The translations under genes and the position numbers were made by a program. Shown piece after piece: positions 9,590-20,802 of a stretch of 64,000 nt of DNA. Positions within the stretch are counted from its first letter, which is position 1, and every line of letters begins with the position of its first letter. The notes under the pieces were generated by a model. The model ran no database searches. It saw only the letters and a program-made list of their open reading frames with translations, and was not told where the DNA came from. The DNA is taken from IMG/VR virus record IMGVR_UViG_3300027834_000001. One strand, 5' to 3'. This DNA is from an uncultured virus (IMG/VR IMGVR_UViG_3300027834_000001). Taxonomy: Duplodnaviria > Heunggongvirae > Uroviricota > Caudoviricetes.

Positions 9590-12500
9590 CTACTGCAACA
9601 CATAACGTCGACATCAGATTTCGCGAAACTGGCGCAAGGGTTATCAAGCGCAAGATCGATGAAATCGGCGTAGCAGCCAACTCGGCTACTCGCGGCATCT
9701 TCTTGATGCAACGTGCTCTCTTCGTCTTGGGCGGAGCAGGGATCCTTCGTGCGCTCACACGTCAGCTTGATACACTTACCAACTATGAGAACAGACTTCG
9801 CCTGACTGCAACCAGTGCAGCAAATCTAGAGGAAGTTCAGTCTCGGTTGTTCCAAGTTGCACGAGATAGCCGCACAGGATTTGAAGCTGTCGCTGACATC
9901 TATAGCCGGACTGCGCTCTCGGTCCGAGAACTTGGCATCTCGCAGGCTGAAACACTTCGGTTCACTGAAAGTCTCAGCAAAGCGACCATCATCTCTGGTG
10001 CGTCATCTCGAGAGGCTCACGCCGCCTTGATCCAGCTTGGACAAGGTATGGCATCCAACACGCTCAGAGGCGACGAACTTCGGTCCGTTCTGGAACAACT
10101 GCCATTCGTTGCAGATGTCATCGCCGAAAGTCTTGGAGTTACTCGTGGTGAATTGCGTGAACTTGGTGCTGACGGTAAGATCTCTGCGGAAACCATTCTC
10201 GAAGCATTCCGTAATGCTGAAGAGGAGATCGATCGCCTGTTCGCAAACACTGTTCCAACCATCAGCCAAGCGTTGTCCGTTGCGAATACCAACTGGCTTG
10301 AGTTCCTTGACAATATTGACGATGCGACAAATGCTTCTGGAAATCTAGCCAAGGCGATTATCGTCCTGTCAGAAAACCTTGGCCTGATCCTCGGTGTTCT
10401 CGGCTCGCTGGCACTGGCTCTGACAGCAACGTTCGCAGGTAAAGCAATCTCAGCTATTGGTAATTATGTTCTCGGTCTGCGTGGTGCAGCACTGGCTTCC
10501 ACCCGCCTGTTGGAAATCGAAAACATCAGAGCAGCGACATCCGTGCGGAACAATGGTATCGCAGTCGCGGCGAATGCCCAAAGGCAGGTAGAGTTGACAC
10601 AGCGTCTGTCTCTCTTGGGTATTCAGAAGGCTCAACTGCAACAGACTGTACTCGATACTCAGTTCACTGTGGCGAACGGTCGAGCACGAAATATCTCAAC
10701 TGGTCAGTTCGTTGGACTAGCTACTGCGAAAGCCAACCTCTCACGAGTGACACAACAGCTTTCAATTGTTGAAAACGCTGAACTTGTGACTGCTGGGAGG
10801 CTTGCTGGAGCAAGGGCAACGCAAACTGCTGCCACTACTACCGCCACCGCCGCTAACAGCCGCCTAGCCGCAGCACAGGCCGCACAGGGTGCAACAGCGG
10901 CACGGCTTACCGCGCTATTTCCAACGCTGGCTGGCGCAATCGGTCGAGTTGGTGTAGCATTGGCTGGATTGGCAGCATTTATCGGTCCGCTTGGTCTCAT
11001 CGCCATAGCGGTCGGAGCAGTCGTGACAGCATTCGCTCTGTGGGGCAATGAGATCAAAGTAACTTCCGACGGAGTAGTTGGTCTTAAAGACTTCGTAGTC
11101 GCAGCATTCCAGTTGATGGGTGAAGCGATCGCACCATTCGCCACTTTCCTCAGAGAGCAAGTTGGGGGAGCAGTCACAGCTGTCCAAGGTTTCTTTGAAG
11201 GATTTGGAACAACAGTAGCGAAGGTCTTTGCAGATACTGTGGCTCTTGCTGTGGATGCGTTTACTTTCTGGCCACGAGTTGCTCTAGGTACAATCGCTGG
11301 TGTGGTTGCAGCTTTCAAATCTCTACCAGAGGGAGCCGCTACATCAGCGACTGCTCTAGCCAATGTATTGATTGCTGGATTTGAGGCATTCGCTAACGGG
11401 GCGATCAATGCAATCAATAAGGTTATCGGCGCTCTGAATGCTCTACTCTCTTTCGTTGGAGCGGACAAAGCAGCTGAGCTCTTTGGGTTCTCAGGTCAAC
11501 TCGGTAAACTTGATCCAGTAACTCTAGGTAGATTTGAAAGTGAATATTCTGGAGCAGGTAACGCCGCAGCAGAAGCATTCCAAACTGCTTTCGGTGAGAG
11601 TTTTGAAGCTAATAGCTTCGAGGGACTGGCTAATTCAGCAGCGAATGCTCTAAGACCAATTGGTGAAGCCATCACTGGTCAGGCTCGTCGCAACATTGAT
11701 CAAGCTGCCGAGGATGCTCTTCATGCTCAGAACGTCATCAATAATGTTCCACCAGCGGCACCGACCGATCCTGACAGTGGTTCTGGCAGTGGTGGAGGTA
11801 GTAGCGCACAACGAGCAGACTTTGCCAGCGTCCTCTCAGGCATGAACCAAGAGATTGAGTTGCTTCGTCTCTCGAATAAAGAACGTCGTATCCAGGAGGG
11901 TATCCTTGAAATTGAGAAAGAACTCAAACGTGGTCTTACCCAAGCCGAACAGGAGTTGGCGGCTGCGACTATTGAGTCGGTACATGCTGCGGAAACACAA
12001 GCACAGGTTCTGCAGGATATCATTGGTCCCCGAGAGGAGATCGCGGAACAGCAGGCTGCACTGAACGCTCTGTTTGAGCAAGGTCGCATTGGACTGAATG
12101 ACTATACCACGGCAATCCGTGAGATGCAGGTCGCGGCGGATGAAGCGGCTGGCACACTGTTCGGCGGGTTCCGAGCAGCCATCAACAGCGCAATCATGAG
12201 CGCATCTGAACTAGGGTCCGCCCTTGGTGACATCGTTGTTGGCGCGGCTGATAGCGCAGCAGACGCTATCGTAGAGTTCGCAAAGACTGGTAAACTCAAC
12301 GTCCGTGAGTTCTTCTTCGACTTGTTTGCACAGATCACCAAGCTGATCGCCAAGCAACTCATCCTCAAGGCTCTCGGTGGTCTGTTCGGCGGGTTCGCTG
12401 GTGGCGGTAGCATTGGCCCAAGCGGCGGTCTCGGCTTCGCTGGTGGTGGATCAATAAACGCAAGTGGTCCAGGATCAACTGACAGTCAGATTGTTCAGTT

Positions 12501-12741
12501 CGCTAAACGTCCTGACGAGCGTGTGGATATTCTCACTCCTGGGCAACAAAAAGCCCAAAGGGACAATATGAATGGCGGCGGAGGCGGGACTACAGTCGTT
12601 CAGTCTCCTCCAGTAAACGTGGCAGCAGTGCTCTCGCCTAGCGATATCACTGGTGCATTTGATAGCTCAGAAGGTGAAACAGTCGTGATAAATATCCTGT
12701 CACGGAATGCTTCAACCGTTCGTCAACTGGTAGGTGGATAA
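9586..12741 (+). CDS. Tape measure protein
   Basis: 1051 aa, Ala-rich and helical. QLGQGMASNTLRGDELRSVLEQ tape-measure N-domain and FAGGG C-terminal motifs. Confidence 0.92.
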   Translation: MTTATHNVDIRFRETGARVIKRKIDEIGVAANSATRGIFLMQRALFVLGGAGILRALTRQLDTLTNYENRLRLTATSAANLEEVQSRLFQVARDSRTGFEAVADIYSRTALSVRELGISQAETLRFTESLSKATIISGASSREAHAALIQLGQGMASNTLRGDELRSVLEQLPFVADVIAESLGVTRGELRELGADGKISAETILEAFRNAEEEIDRLFANTVPTISQALSVANTNWLEFLDNIDDATNASGNLAKAIIVLSENLGLILGVLGSLALALTATFAGKAISAIGNYVLGLRGAALASTRLLEIENIRAATSVRNNGIAVAANAQRQVELTQRLSLLGIQKAQLQQTVLDTQFTVANGRARNISTGQFVGLATAKANLSRVTQQLSIVENAELVTAGRLAGARATQTAATTTATAANSRLAAAQAAQGATAARLTALFPTLAGAIGRVGVALAGLAAFIGPLGLIAIAVGAVVTAFALWGNEIKVTSDGVVGLKDFVVAAFQLMGEAIAPFATFLREQVGGAVTAVQGFFEGFGTTVAKVFADTVALAVDAFTFWPRVALGTIAGVVAAFKSLPEGAATSATALANVLIAGFEAFANGAINAINKVIGALNALLSFVGADKAAELFGFSGQLGKLDPVTLGRFESEYSGAGNAAAEAFQTAFGESFEANSFEGLANSAANALRPIGEAITGQARRNIDQAAEDALHAQNVINNVPPAAPTDPDSGSGSGGGSSAQRADFASVLSGMNQEIELLRLSNKERRIQEGILEIEKELKRGLTQAEQELAAATIESVHAAETQAQVLQDIIGPREEIAEQQAALNALFEQGRIGLNDYTTAIREMQVAADEAAGTLFGGFRAAINSAIMSASELGSALGDIVVGAADSAADAIVEFAKTGKLNVREFFFDLFAQITKLIAKQLILKALGGLFGGFAGGGSIGPSGGLGFAGGGSINASGPGSTDSQIVQFAKRPDERVDILTPGQQKAQRDNMNGGGGGTTVVQSPPVNVAAVLSPSDITGAFDSSEGETVVINILSRNASTVRQLVGG

Positions 12742-14231
12742 TGCCCTTTACTTCTGGAACCGTACAAACAGTGACAAAGCTTCTGGATGCGATGAACACG
12801 CATCTGGTCGCAAACGGTTGGACCAAGCTGCAAGGCGAGACAGATATGAACTGCGTGTCTCCAATTGCCGCTCGTTACTGGCGCATCCTTGTGTATGAAA
12901 TTGAGAGTACCGGTGAAGACTTTCGTGAATGTGATATGTTTGCTCTGAAGACAGTTCTCGGTGGCGCGACTGTATCCACAACAGGAACTTACACCTGCTC
13001 CTCAGTTCAATCTGGCACACTGGCTAATCTTGACGTCGGCAGCGCAGGCATTCGCTCAGGTGACATCGATGATCGCCCTTGGTGGATCAAGTACGACCAC
13101 GGTTCTGCAATTACCATTCGTGAATTCGACTACACAGCCATTGATGACAACGAGGCTCCTCGAGACTTCCAAATCCAGTTCTCGCATGACGATCGTACTT
13201 GGACAACTATGGGTGAGTGGAATTCTCAGTCATGGACTGCTGCTGAGACCAAGACCTTCTCCTTCGGTGATGGTACACTTTATAGTGAGCATCACTCAGG
13301 AACTGAACCTCGTCGCACTGGCCGAGCAGAAACGTTCGATGCAATCAGCATTTCAGCAACTTCATGGAACCGTCACATCAGTGAAGATCATTGGATTTGG
13401 CAAGGTGATGGCTACGATGCCAGTCGTCGTGTCTACATCCATGCTCGTGGTAACAGTCGTACATCTGCTTCCACGTCTTGGATTGAATTCGACTTTGCTG
13501 TGGAACACGATGCAATCAATGATCCCAAGTGGAACCTGCAAGTCGGCAACTCCGGTGAAAAGAGATCTCATCTGATGACTTCAAACGAAATCGACTATTG
13601 GTTCTATACTAACTCCAAACGCATGATCCTTGTTACGAGATCAGGTGCTCAAGACTATGCTTGCACTTATATCGGTTTCCACTCTGCGTTTGCCGTACCA
13701 GATGATTATCCATTTCCTCTGGTCTCGGCCTCAACTTGTTCTGATGGGGGAACCGTCGATGTCTCAGACTTCAATGCCAGCTACTCAGTTCCAGATGAAC
13801 CTGGACAAAGTTCCTTTGTCGTTCGCCTTTGGGATGGAAGCCTGATTTATCCCTTTAACCGCGTTTCTAATGCTACGACCAACTTACAAGCGCAGTATCC
13901 CACAGACTCTTGGATCTGGCCGAAGCATCTCGGCAATACTCAGCGAGCCAACTGGCCGAGCCAATGGGGCGGGGATTGGGCGGATAATGTTCCTCCAAAT
14001 GGATGGGACTTCGTTTCAGCAACAGCCCAAGCAGACGTGCCGTTCTTTCCTGTGACTATTCAGCATGAGACTTACGGAAACATCGGGGTATTGGATGGGT
14101 TGTTTTCCGTTCCGGGTGCTGGTAGTTTAACGCCAACGCAGGTGATCGCTATCGGAGGTCAAGACTACCGCATGTTCCCTAATCGGAACCGCCGGAACGA
14201 TAGCAACTGGTTCGCCGTTCGAGAGGATTGA
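12741..14231 (+). CDS. Virion structural protein with discoidin/F5-8-like insertion
   Basis: ARYWRI, APRDFQIQFSHDDRTWT (discoidin-like). Follows the tape measure gene. Confidence 0.65.
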   Translation: MPFTSGTVQTVTKLLDAMNTHLVANGWTKLQGETDMNCVSPIAARYWRILVYEIESTGEDFRECDMFALKTVLGGATVSTTGTYTCSSVQSGTLANLDVGSAGIRSGDIDDRPWWIKYDHGSAITIREFDYTAIDDNEAPRDFQIQFSHDDRTWTTMGEWNSQSWTAAETKTFSFGDGTLYSEHHSGTEPRRTGRAETFDAISISATSWNRHISEDHWIWQGDGYDASRRVYIHARGNSRTSASTSWIEFDFAVEHDAINDPKWNLQVGNSGEKRSHLMTSNEIDYWFYTNSKRMILVTRSGAQDYACTYIGFHSAFAVPDDYPFPLVSASTCSDGGTVDVSDFNASYSVPDEPGQSSFVVRLWDGSLIYPFNRVSNATTNLQAQYPTDSWIWPKHLGNTQRANWPSQWGGDWADNVPPNGWDFVSATAQADVPFFPVTIQHETYGNIGVLDGLFSVPGAGSLTPTQVIAIGGQDYRMFPNRNRRNDSNWFAVRED

Positions 14232-14232
14232 T

Positions 14233-15291
14233 ATGACTATTACAACTGGATCTGGCGACTACACTGCTCTAATGGGTTCCATTCTAACTCATGCGATCAC
14301 GGATGGGTGGACAACCTCTGGTGGAACGTGGCCTATCAGCAAGGGTAACGTACGAGGTATTGACTGGACGACCTTCACACAAAGTGAAGCTGACTACACT
14401 CTTCTTGGCGGAGCGACAAAGACTGCTCGCTATGTACGGATTGGCCTCGGTACAAGTCTCGCGACTGCTACAACCAATGCAGCCCTCGGCACGGCTGCTC
14501 ATTGTCCGAACATGGAATATACATTCACAGCTTGGACCATCTACTCCGATCCTACGCTTTGTGACTATATCCATGTAGTGGTGAATTTCTCCAATGGTGT
14601 CAATGGAGATTGCTATATGCACTTCGGCTTCGGCGAAATGGACAAGAAAGGCATGGCCCACACTGCTATGGTCTATGCGACTTGCCATGCAAAGCGAGCC
14701 TATGCTAACGGCACTCAATCCGGGAACGCCTCTCGTGATTGGAATGGTGGTCTTTATGGTAGTACAGAACAAGGCTTCACTGGAGCGCTGCGCTATGACT
14801 GGTCAGATTACAACTTCACGAACAGCACTTGCTTCATGATTGATGGGACTGTCAGTCCAGTCTTTGTCGGTTGGCCTGTGGTGGATACCGTGCTTGATCC
14901 TCACGATGTTATGGATACATTGTCTTTTCATAACTCATCTATTATATCACAGAACTCCGCTGGCTTGAGAACTAACGGTGCATCATGGGGACCAGCGACC
15001 CACGCTTGTTTTATGGATCCTCAGCCTTATTCTGGTGCTGTCACTCTTGGTCCTCTTGGGTGCTGGCTTGCCCAAAACGGAACAACTTCTGGCTTGATTA
15101 TGTATCTCGGTGACTTTCCGAATGTGCGGACTTGTTCCATGAGAACATTTGCCGCCGGTGATACAGTGACTTATTCTTCTGATGACTGGAACCTGTGGCC
15201 TATGCTCAGGATCGGCGCTGAGACTGATCTTCATAGCACTCTTCACATTGGTTCAGGTGCAGCAGGATTCGCTCATAAGAGAGTTGTCTAA
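14233..15291 (+). CDS. Virion structural protein
   Basis: 352 aa. HFGFGEMDK and YLGDFPNVR motifs, in the tail module. Confidence 0.65.
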   Translation: MTITTGSGDYTALMGSILTHAITDGWTTSGGTWPISKGNVRGIDWTTFTQSEADYTLLGGATKTARYVRIGLGTSLATATTNAALGTAAHCPNMEYTFTAWTIYSDPTLCDYIHVVVNFSNGVNGDCYMHFGFGEMDKKGMAHTAMVYATCHAKRAYANGTQSGNASRDWNGGLYGSTEQGFTGALRYDWSDYNFTNSTCFMIDGTVSPVFVGWPVVDTVLDPHDVMDTLSFHNSSIISQNSAGLRTNGASWGPATHACFMDPQPYSGAVTLGPLGCWLAQNGTTSGLIMYLGDFPNVRTCSMRTFAAGDTVTYSSDDWNLWPMLRIGAETDLHSTLHIGSGAAGFAHKRVV

Positions 15292-17018
15292 TGGCTGGGA
15301 TCCTCGCAGACGGAGCGCATGTAGGTTTCTGGTCAGCAGGTGGTGATGCTTCAGAGCAACCATTTCGGCTGACCCAGCATCCACGTCAAGAAGCTACGAC
15401 TGGTGTCAATATCACTTACAAAGGAATTGCTCCTTTCGGTGAAACACTAGCTGAAGATAATGCTGGTGAATTCACTGAGAATTGGGGATCTGGCAATGGT
15501 ATCATCGCCGGAGCGCATTGGCAAGACTTCTGGCTGCGCCTCTGGGTTATTCCACCAGTTCTGCAACTGACTAACCCTCAGCTGAACTCGGACATTCCTT
15601 TCCAGCTTTGGAACACATGGGACACACCGCAATCTCTGAACAGTATTCTGATCAGTGGATCATCTGTGTTATCATTTGATCTCACACCTCTAGATGTGAT
15701 TAATGACTCACAGTTATTGGAAACCAACTTGCAAATCGGTGCAGGTGAACCAACTGTTGACGCTACTGTTGTCTTTGATTATCCAGACGTAAACGGCACC
15801 CTTCGCGTCATTGCTGCGGTTTCTTCAACCTTTAACCTAATTCCTGACGTGCCTGTCACAGAGCGTTGGAACTTCCTGACTGATATAATCACAGCTTACG
15901 ATGGTACAGAACAGAGAGCATCGCTTCGCCGTTACCCTCGCATCGATCAAGAGTTCAACGTCGAGATCATCAACGATAGACAACGCCGTGAGCAGTATAA
16001 CCTTCTCACGAAGAATATTGCTGTTCAGGCTCTGGTGCCGATGTATCAGTATTCTACTCCGACCACAGGTACGACACCGATTGGCGGATCCAAGATCTTC
16101 TTCGACCCTGCTCGGTGTAACGTTCGAGTTGGACAGTTCCTTGCTGTTGTCAACACAAGCGACGAGCGGTCCTCCCTTGGCGTAGTCAACACAATTGAGG
16201 CAGATGGCGCAATCCTAAACTCAGCTTCTGGTGAGGAGATCTCAGGTCCCACTTGGGTTGTCATGCCAACTATTACTTGCGTGATAAGCGATGGCTCTGG
16301 AATTAAGATGGACAGTATCACTGGTACTCTCTCGATCAGAGCAAAGTCTTTTGAGGAGCCAACCTTGCTTCGCCCTGGAGCGACACGTGTCGTTGATACA
16401 CTTGATGGTCGCTCGTTGCTAAATCGCAGACCTCTGGTCAGTGCTGACGAGAACTTCCAGTTTGAGCGTGAGATCATTGATAACAGCACAGGTCAGCGAG
16501 ATCTGAACAGTAGTCATCTTCACCCAAGGGTGGCAGGCAATCGGTCCTTCGTTGTGCAACGTGTTAGCGATCCTGATGAAATGGATTACTGGCGCTCTCT
16601 GTTTGAAGATGTACGTGGCGCTCACGGCACCTTCCTCCTGTCGACTTACTTCCCAGATCTTACTCTGGAAGGAACACAGGTTATTCCTGATGGTGCTTCT
16701 CAGTTCATCGTGGAAGAGGGCGACTATGTAAATCTGTACTACGCTCACAAAACATGGCAGCACATTGAGATCGCCTATGGTGACGAGCATAGCGGCAAAC
16801 AACTAAGAACTCAACACACAGTCTCCTCAGCAACAGCGAATGGAGACGGAACTGCCACCTTGGGCTTCACACCTGCGATACCCTCCGGACCTGAGTATGA
16901 GAACCAAATAGTCAGGATTTCATTCCTGATGCGTTGTCGAGCCAGTGATGCTATTGCATGGAGGCACTTTGCGAACTATAGTGTGGTCAGCTTTGGTATC
17001 ACCTCAACGGATGAATAA
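15291..17018 (+). CDS. Tail-tip/distal tail protein
   Basis: ERWNFLTDIITAYDGTEQRASLR..PR motif. Precedes the DUF2163-like gene. Confidence 0.65.
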   Translation: MAGILADGAHVGFWSAGGDASEQPFRLTQHPRQEATTGVNITYKGIAPFGETLAEDNAGEFTENWGSGNGIIAGAHWQDFWLRLWVIPPVLQLTNPQLNSDIPFQLWNTWDTPQSLNSILISGSSVLSFDLTPLDVINDSQLLETNLQIGAGEPTVDATVVFDYPDVNGTLRVIAAVSSTFNLIPDVPVTERWNFLTDIITAYDGTEQRASLRRYPRIDQEFNVEIINDRQRREQYNLLTKNIAVQALVPMYQYSTPTTGTTPIGGSKIFFDPARCNVRVGQFLAVVNTSDERSSLGVVNTIEADGAILNSASGEEISGPTWVVMPTITCVISDGSGIKMDSITGTLSIRAKSFEEPTLLRPGATRVVDTLDGRSLLNRRPLVSADENFQFEREIIDNSTGQRDLNSSHLHPRVAGNRSFVVQRVSDPDEMDYWRSLFEDVRGAHGTFLLSTYFPDLTLEGTQVIPDGASQFIVEEGDYVNLYYAHKTWQHIEIAYGDEHSGKQLRTQHTVSSATANGDGTATLGFTPAIPSGPEYENQIVRISFLMRCRASDAIAWRHFANYSVVSFGITSTDE

Positions 17019-17828
17019 ATGGCTTATATTGATAACGAGACTGGTCCAGATACAGCGAAGCCTGTTGAACTCTACAGGTTCACCGGAACGTTCAACACGT
17101 ACCGACTGACCAGTTACGCAGAAGCTGTCACTTCCAATGGTCAACTCTTTGACTTGGCTCCCATCTCGCGGAACAAGTTGAATGTAGGAACCCAAGAGAA
17201 CGGCGGAGAACGCGCTCTCGAAATCAGCTTGCCTTTTGATCATCCACTCGTTCAGGAATACGCCTACGAGAGCGCACCGCCAAACCTCACCTTCGAACTT
17301 ATCAGGGCGCACCAGCAGGACTTCGACGACACTGTGCTGCTATGGTCTGGCAGGGTCACAGGGGTATCCGTATCAGGCCGCACGGCCAAGCTGCGCGTCC
17401 CTGCAACGTTCAGTTTTGTGCTGGAAGGTAATACGCCGACGCCACGCTTTCAGGCTCCCTGTAACCATGTTCTCTACAGTACACAATGCGGAGTTGATCC
17501 TGCCCTGTTCCAACATATCACTACGATAGATAGCCTTGTCGGCTTCAACCTTAACGTCGCAGATCTTCCATGGTCTGATAACGAAGGAGCCGCTGGTATC
17601 CTGATTGCTCCTGGAGGCGAAAGCCGCATGATCATCAGTAATGTCGGAACAGCAGTTACCGTCAGCTACGCATTTTCTAATCTGCAGATAGGAGACAGCG
17701 TTACTCTTCGCAAAGGTTGTGATCACGCACTTCAAGGTCACTGTCTTACTCGGTTCAATAACGTGGCGAGGTTTGGTGGATTTCCGCTGGTCCCTGATCG
17801 CAATCCATTCACGAGCACACTCACATGA
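17019..17828 (+). CDS. DUF2163/BR0599-family baseplate hub protein (GTA-like)
   Basis: PVELYRF, CNHVLYSTQCGVD and GCDH...C..RFNNVARFGGFPLVP..NPF. Confidence 0.88.
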   Translation: MAYIDNETGPDTAKPVELYRFTGTFNTYRLTSYAEAVTSNGQLFDLAPISRNKLNVGTQENGGERALEISLPFDHPLVQEYAYESAPPNLTFELIRAHQQDFDDTVLLWSGRVTGVSVSGRTAKLRVPATFSFVLEGNTPTPRFQAPCNHVLYSTQCGVDPALFQHITTIDSLVGFNLNVADLPWSDNEGAAGILIAPGGESRMIISNVGTAVTVSYAFSNLQIGDSVTLRKGCDHALQGHCLTRFNNVARFGGFPLVPDRNPFTSTLT

Positions 17829-20383
17829 TTTGGTTTACCCTAGCTTTATTCGTCGTCTCATTTGTTCTGACAGCGTTGCTGGCACCAGAGCCGAACATTG
17901 AAAATGCTCGTCCTCAAGAACTCAACCCTGAGACATTCCCAAGGGCTACGGAAGATGCACCTATTCCTCTGATCCTCGGCAAGGTTCGTATGGAAGCGCC
18001 GAACACAACTTGGTGGGGAAACTTCAGATCAGTACCTATCACTGAGCGTATCAAGGTCAGTCTCTTCAAAAAGAAAACAATTGTCGTTGGTCATAACTAT
18101 TATCTCACAATTGATCTAGCCCTCGGTATGGGTCCAGAAACTGTGATGACCGCTATCTACGTTGACGACAAAGAATTCTGGACTGGCTCTACGAATGCAA
18201 CTTCGTTGACAGCCATCAACGCCAGCAGTGGTTCTTTCTTTGGAGGTTATAAAGAAGGCGGCGGGTTCTCTATTGGAGGCATCTACTATCCTGGATCTCT
18301 GGACCTTGCTCAACAACCAGTGGACACCACTCTGGAAAGCCATCTTGGTGCTGGAACTGTTCCTGCTTACTTGGGCACGGCTCACATAGTCGGCGATCTC
18401 TGGCTTGGTGAAAGCCCTCAGCTTCGTAAGATGGCCTTTGTTCTGGAAAGCTATACCAATGGTCTCGGCCTAACTGGATTAGGTAAGATCGGTGAGGATA
18501 TGAACCCTGCTGAGGCAATCTTCCAGATCATGACTGATACATGGCGCGGCATGGGCATCAGCACTCTGGAGATCGATGTACCTTCTCTACAGGATATGGG
18601 CGAAACACTTTACACAGAAGGTAATGGCTGCTCTGTTATGGTGACAGCAGAAACAAATGGTAAGAACCTCATCACAGAGATCCTTCGTCAAGTTGATGGT
18701 GTAGCATATCAGGATCCAGCTTCTGGTAAGATCAAATTCATCCTGATCCGTGATGACTACGATATTGCCACTTTGCCACTGTTTGATGAGAACGACATTG
18801 TTAAAGTTAAGGAATTCGCAAGGTCTGGCTGGGACGAAGTCATGGCCCAAGTGAAAATCAGCTTCCCGCAACGCGACAAAGAAAGCAACGCGGTCGCTAT
18901 TTCACAGGATCTGGCTACAGTCGCCACTATTGGTCGTCTCCGATCAACCACGTTGTCTATGCCATTTGTCTATGACTCTGATTTGGCAAACGATATCGCT
19001 TCACGTGAACGAGCGCAGTTATCCATCCCACTGTTCCGCATTACACTTGAGATGAACCGCAACGCTTCTGTCCTCCGTCCTGGATCAGTGTTCAAGATGG
19101 ACTGGCCTGAGTATGGTTTCACGAACCTTGTCCTGCGTGTTCAAGAGTTTGATCTTGGTGAATTGTTGGATGGTCGCATCGTAGTTAAGTGTCTGCAAGA
19201 TAGCTTTGCTCAGAACGCCACTGTGTTCGCTGCCCCGACTGGCTCCGCTTGGGTTGCGCCTGTTACTCAACCGACCACTGTCGTATTGGATCAAGTCATT
19301 GAGGCTCCATTCAACTTGGCCAGAGCAATCGCCTTCCCACTGCCTGATGGTGAAGTCACACCAATAATTCTCGGCAAGCAGCCACAAGAAGAGTCAGAGT
19401 ACTTCCAACTCGCTGCATCTGATACAGCCGCTGATCTTACTCCCGTGTTTAATCCAGAGTATGCTCCCTACCTTGGGGCAGGACAACTTGATACTGAATA
19501 CCACAAGAGCGAAGGAGAGACCACAGGTCAAGACACTACAACTGGCATTTCTCTAGAACAGGTCAATTGGGCTGGTTTCACAACTGGTAACTCTGTCTCT
19601 GATATCCAGACTGCCGCCTTTGGTCTGCTCTACGTAGATGGTGAATGGATGGGATATACTACCGCTGTCGACGATGGCGGCAACCAGTGGACTATCACAA
19701 ACATTTATCGTGGCCTGATGGGCACCACGCCTAAGACACACGCTATCGGCACCAAGGTCTGGGAATTCAACTTCGATCAAATAGGTAACGGAGATCTGTC
19801 GATCCTGGAAGGTGGAACTGTCTATTATAGAGCGTTGGATAGAACAGGCAGTATTGTTCAGAGCATCGGCGATGTCTCAGAAAACAATGCTGTTCTGAGC
19901 GACAACATCGCTAATCGTCCAGTCCGTCCTGGTAATCTACAATACGATGGATCACGTACATTCACAGTCACGGCTGCTGATGCAACCCTCACTTGGGTTG
20001 CTCGTAACCGTGATGAAAATGAAATCACTCTTGAAACTGCCGCTGCTGAAACACCTGATGAGACAGAGACCTACGATGTCAGAGTGTATATCAACGGTGT
20101 CATTGATACAGCCTTTACTGCGAATGGTGTGTCTTCTGGCCATATCCTTCCAATGGCTGCGAACTATCCAGGAATAGTAGCGGATGGTGAAATCAGAGTA
20201 TATTCTCGTCGCACCGGAGGAGACTTGCGCTCTTCCTCTGGCTACGCTATGCTTACATTCACAATAGCACCAAGCGAATTGCTCTTGAGTGGTGATGCCC
20301 AAAGCGGAACAGATAAGGCGCTCTTGAGTGGCGACGAACAAACCGGAACAGACGTAATTATTCTATCAGGAGATGAAATGTAA
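17825..20383 (+). CDS. Tail-tip/host specificity protein (GTA gp15/phage-tail_3-like)
   Basis: FPRATEDAPIPLILG, MNPAEAIFQIMTD.W.GMG and YRGLMGTTP.THA.G motifs. Confidence 0.82.
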   Translation: MIWFTLALFVVSFVLTALLAPEPNIENARPQELNPETFPRATEDAPIPLILGKVRMEAPNTTWWGNFRSVPITERIKVSLFKKKTIVVGHNYYLTIDLALGMGPETVMTAIYVDDKEFWTGSTNATSLTAINASSGSFFGGYKEGGGFSIGGIYYPGSLDLAQQPVDTTLESHLGAGTVPAYLGTAHIVGDLWLGESPQLRKMAFVLESYTNGLGLTGLGKIGEDMNPAEAIFQIMTDTWRGMGISTLEIDVPSLQDMGETLYTEGNGCSVMVTAETNGKNLITEILRQVDGVAYQDPASGKIKFILIRDDYDIATLPLFDENDIVKVKEFARSGWDEVMAQVKISFPQRDKESNAVAISQDLATVATIGRLRSTTLSMPFVYDSDLANDIASRERAQLSIPLFRITLEMNRNASVLRPGSVFKMDWPEYGFTNLVLRVQEFDLGELLDGRIVVKCLQDSFAQNATVFAAPTGSAWVAPVTQPTTVVLDQVIEAPFNLARAIAFPLPDGEVTPIILGKQPQEESEYFQLAASDTAADLTPVFNPEYAPYLGAGQLDTEYHKSEGETTGQDTTTGISLEQVNWAGFTTGNSVSDIQTAAFGLLYVDGEWMGYTTAVDDGGNQWTITNIYRGLMGTTPKTHAIGTKVWEFNFDQIGNGDLSILEGGTVYYRALDRTGSIVQSIGDVSENNAVLSDNIANRPVRPGNLQYDGSRTFTVTAADATLTWVARNRDENEITLETAAAETPDETETYDVRVYINGVIDTAFTANGVSSGHILPMAANYPGIVADGEIRVYSRRTGGDLRSSSGYAMLTFTIAPSELLLSGDAQSGTDKALLSGDEQTGTDVIILSGDEM

Positions 20384-20802
20384 TGGCTGATAAAGAAATT
20401 CCAGACCTAACGGCGGCTACGAAACCTGATGGTACTGAGGTTATCCATGCAGTTCAGGGTGTCAACTCACGCAAACTAACATCAGAAGAGATTGCGGCTA
20501 TTGGTATCGCAGTCTCAACTGAGGTTGGGACAGCAGTTTCTGCTATCATATCTAATCATGGTTTGTATATTCGTTTCACTGCCGCTACTGCTGTTGTCTG
20601 GACAATTAATACAGGTATCTTCTCTGCTCGTGATGAAATATCAATCTGTCAAGCTGGTGCAGGAACTGTCACTGTTACTGCCGGGGCTGGTTTTACGATT
20701 AACTCTCGTGGATCTCGTATCATCACCAATGGTCAATTTGCTGTCGCTACACTGAAATTCATTTCTGGCACTTCCGCAGATCTGTTTGGAGATCTTGTAT
20801 AA
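20383..20802 (+). CDS. Tail fibre-associated protein
   Basis: ADKEIPDLTAA N-terminus, QAGAGTVTVTAG and C-terminal LFGDLV. Confidence 0.65.
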   Translation: MADKEIPDLTAATKPDGTEVIHAVQGVNSRKLTSEEIAAIGIAVSTEVGTAVSAIISNHGLYIRFTAATAVVWTINTGIFSARDEISICQAGAGTVTVTAGAGFTINSRGSRIITNGQFAVATLKFISGTSADLFGDLV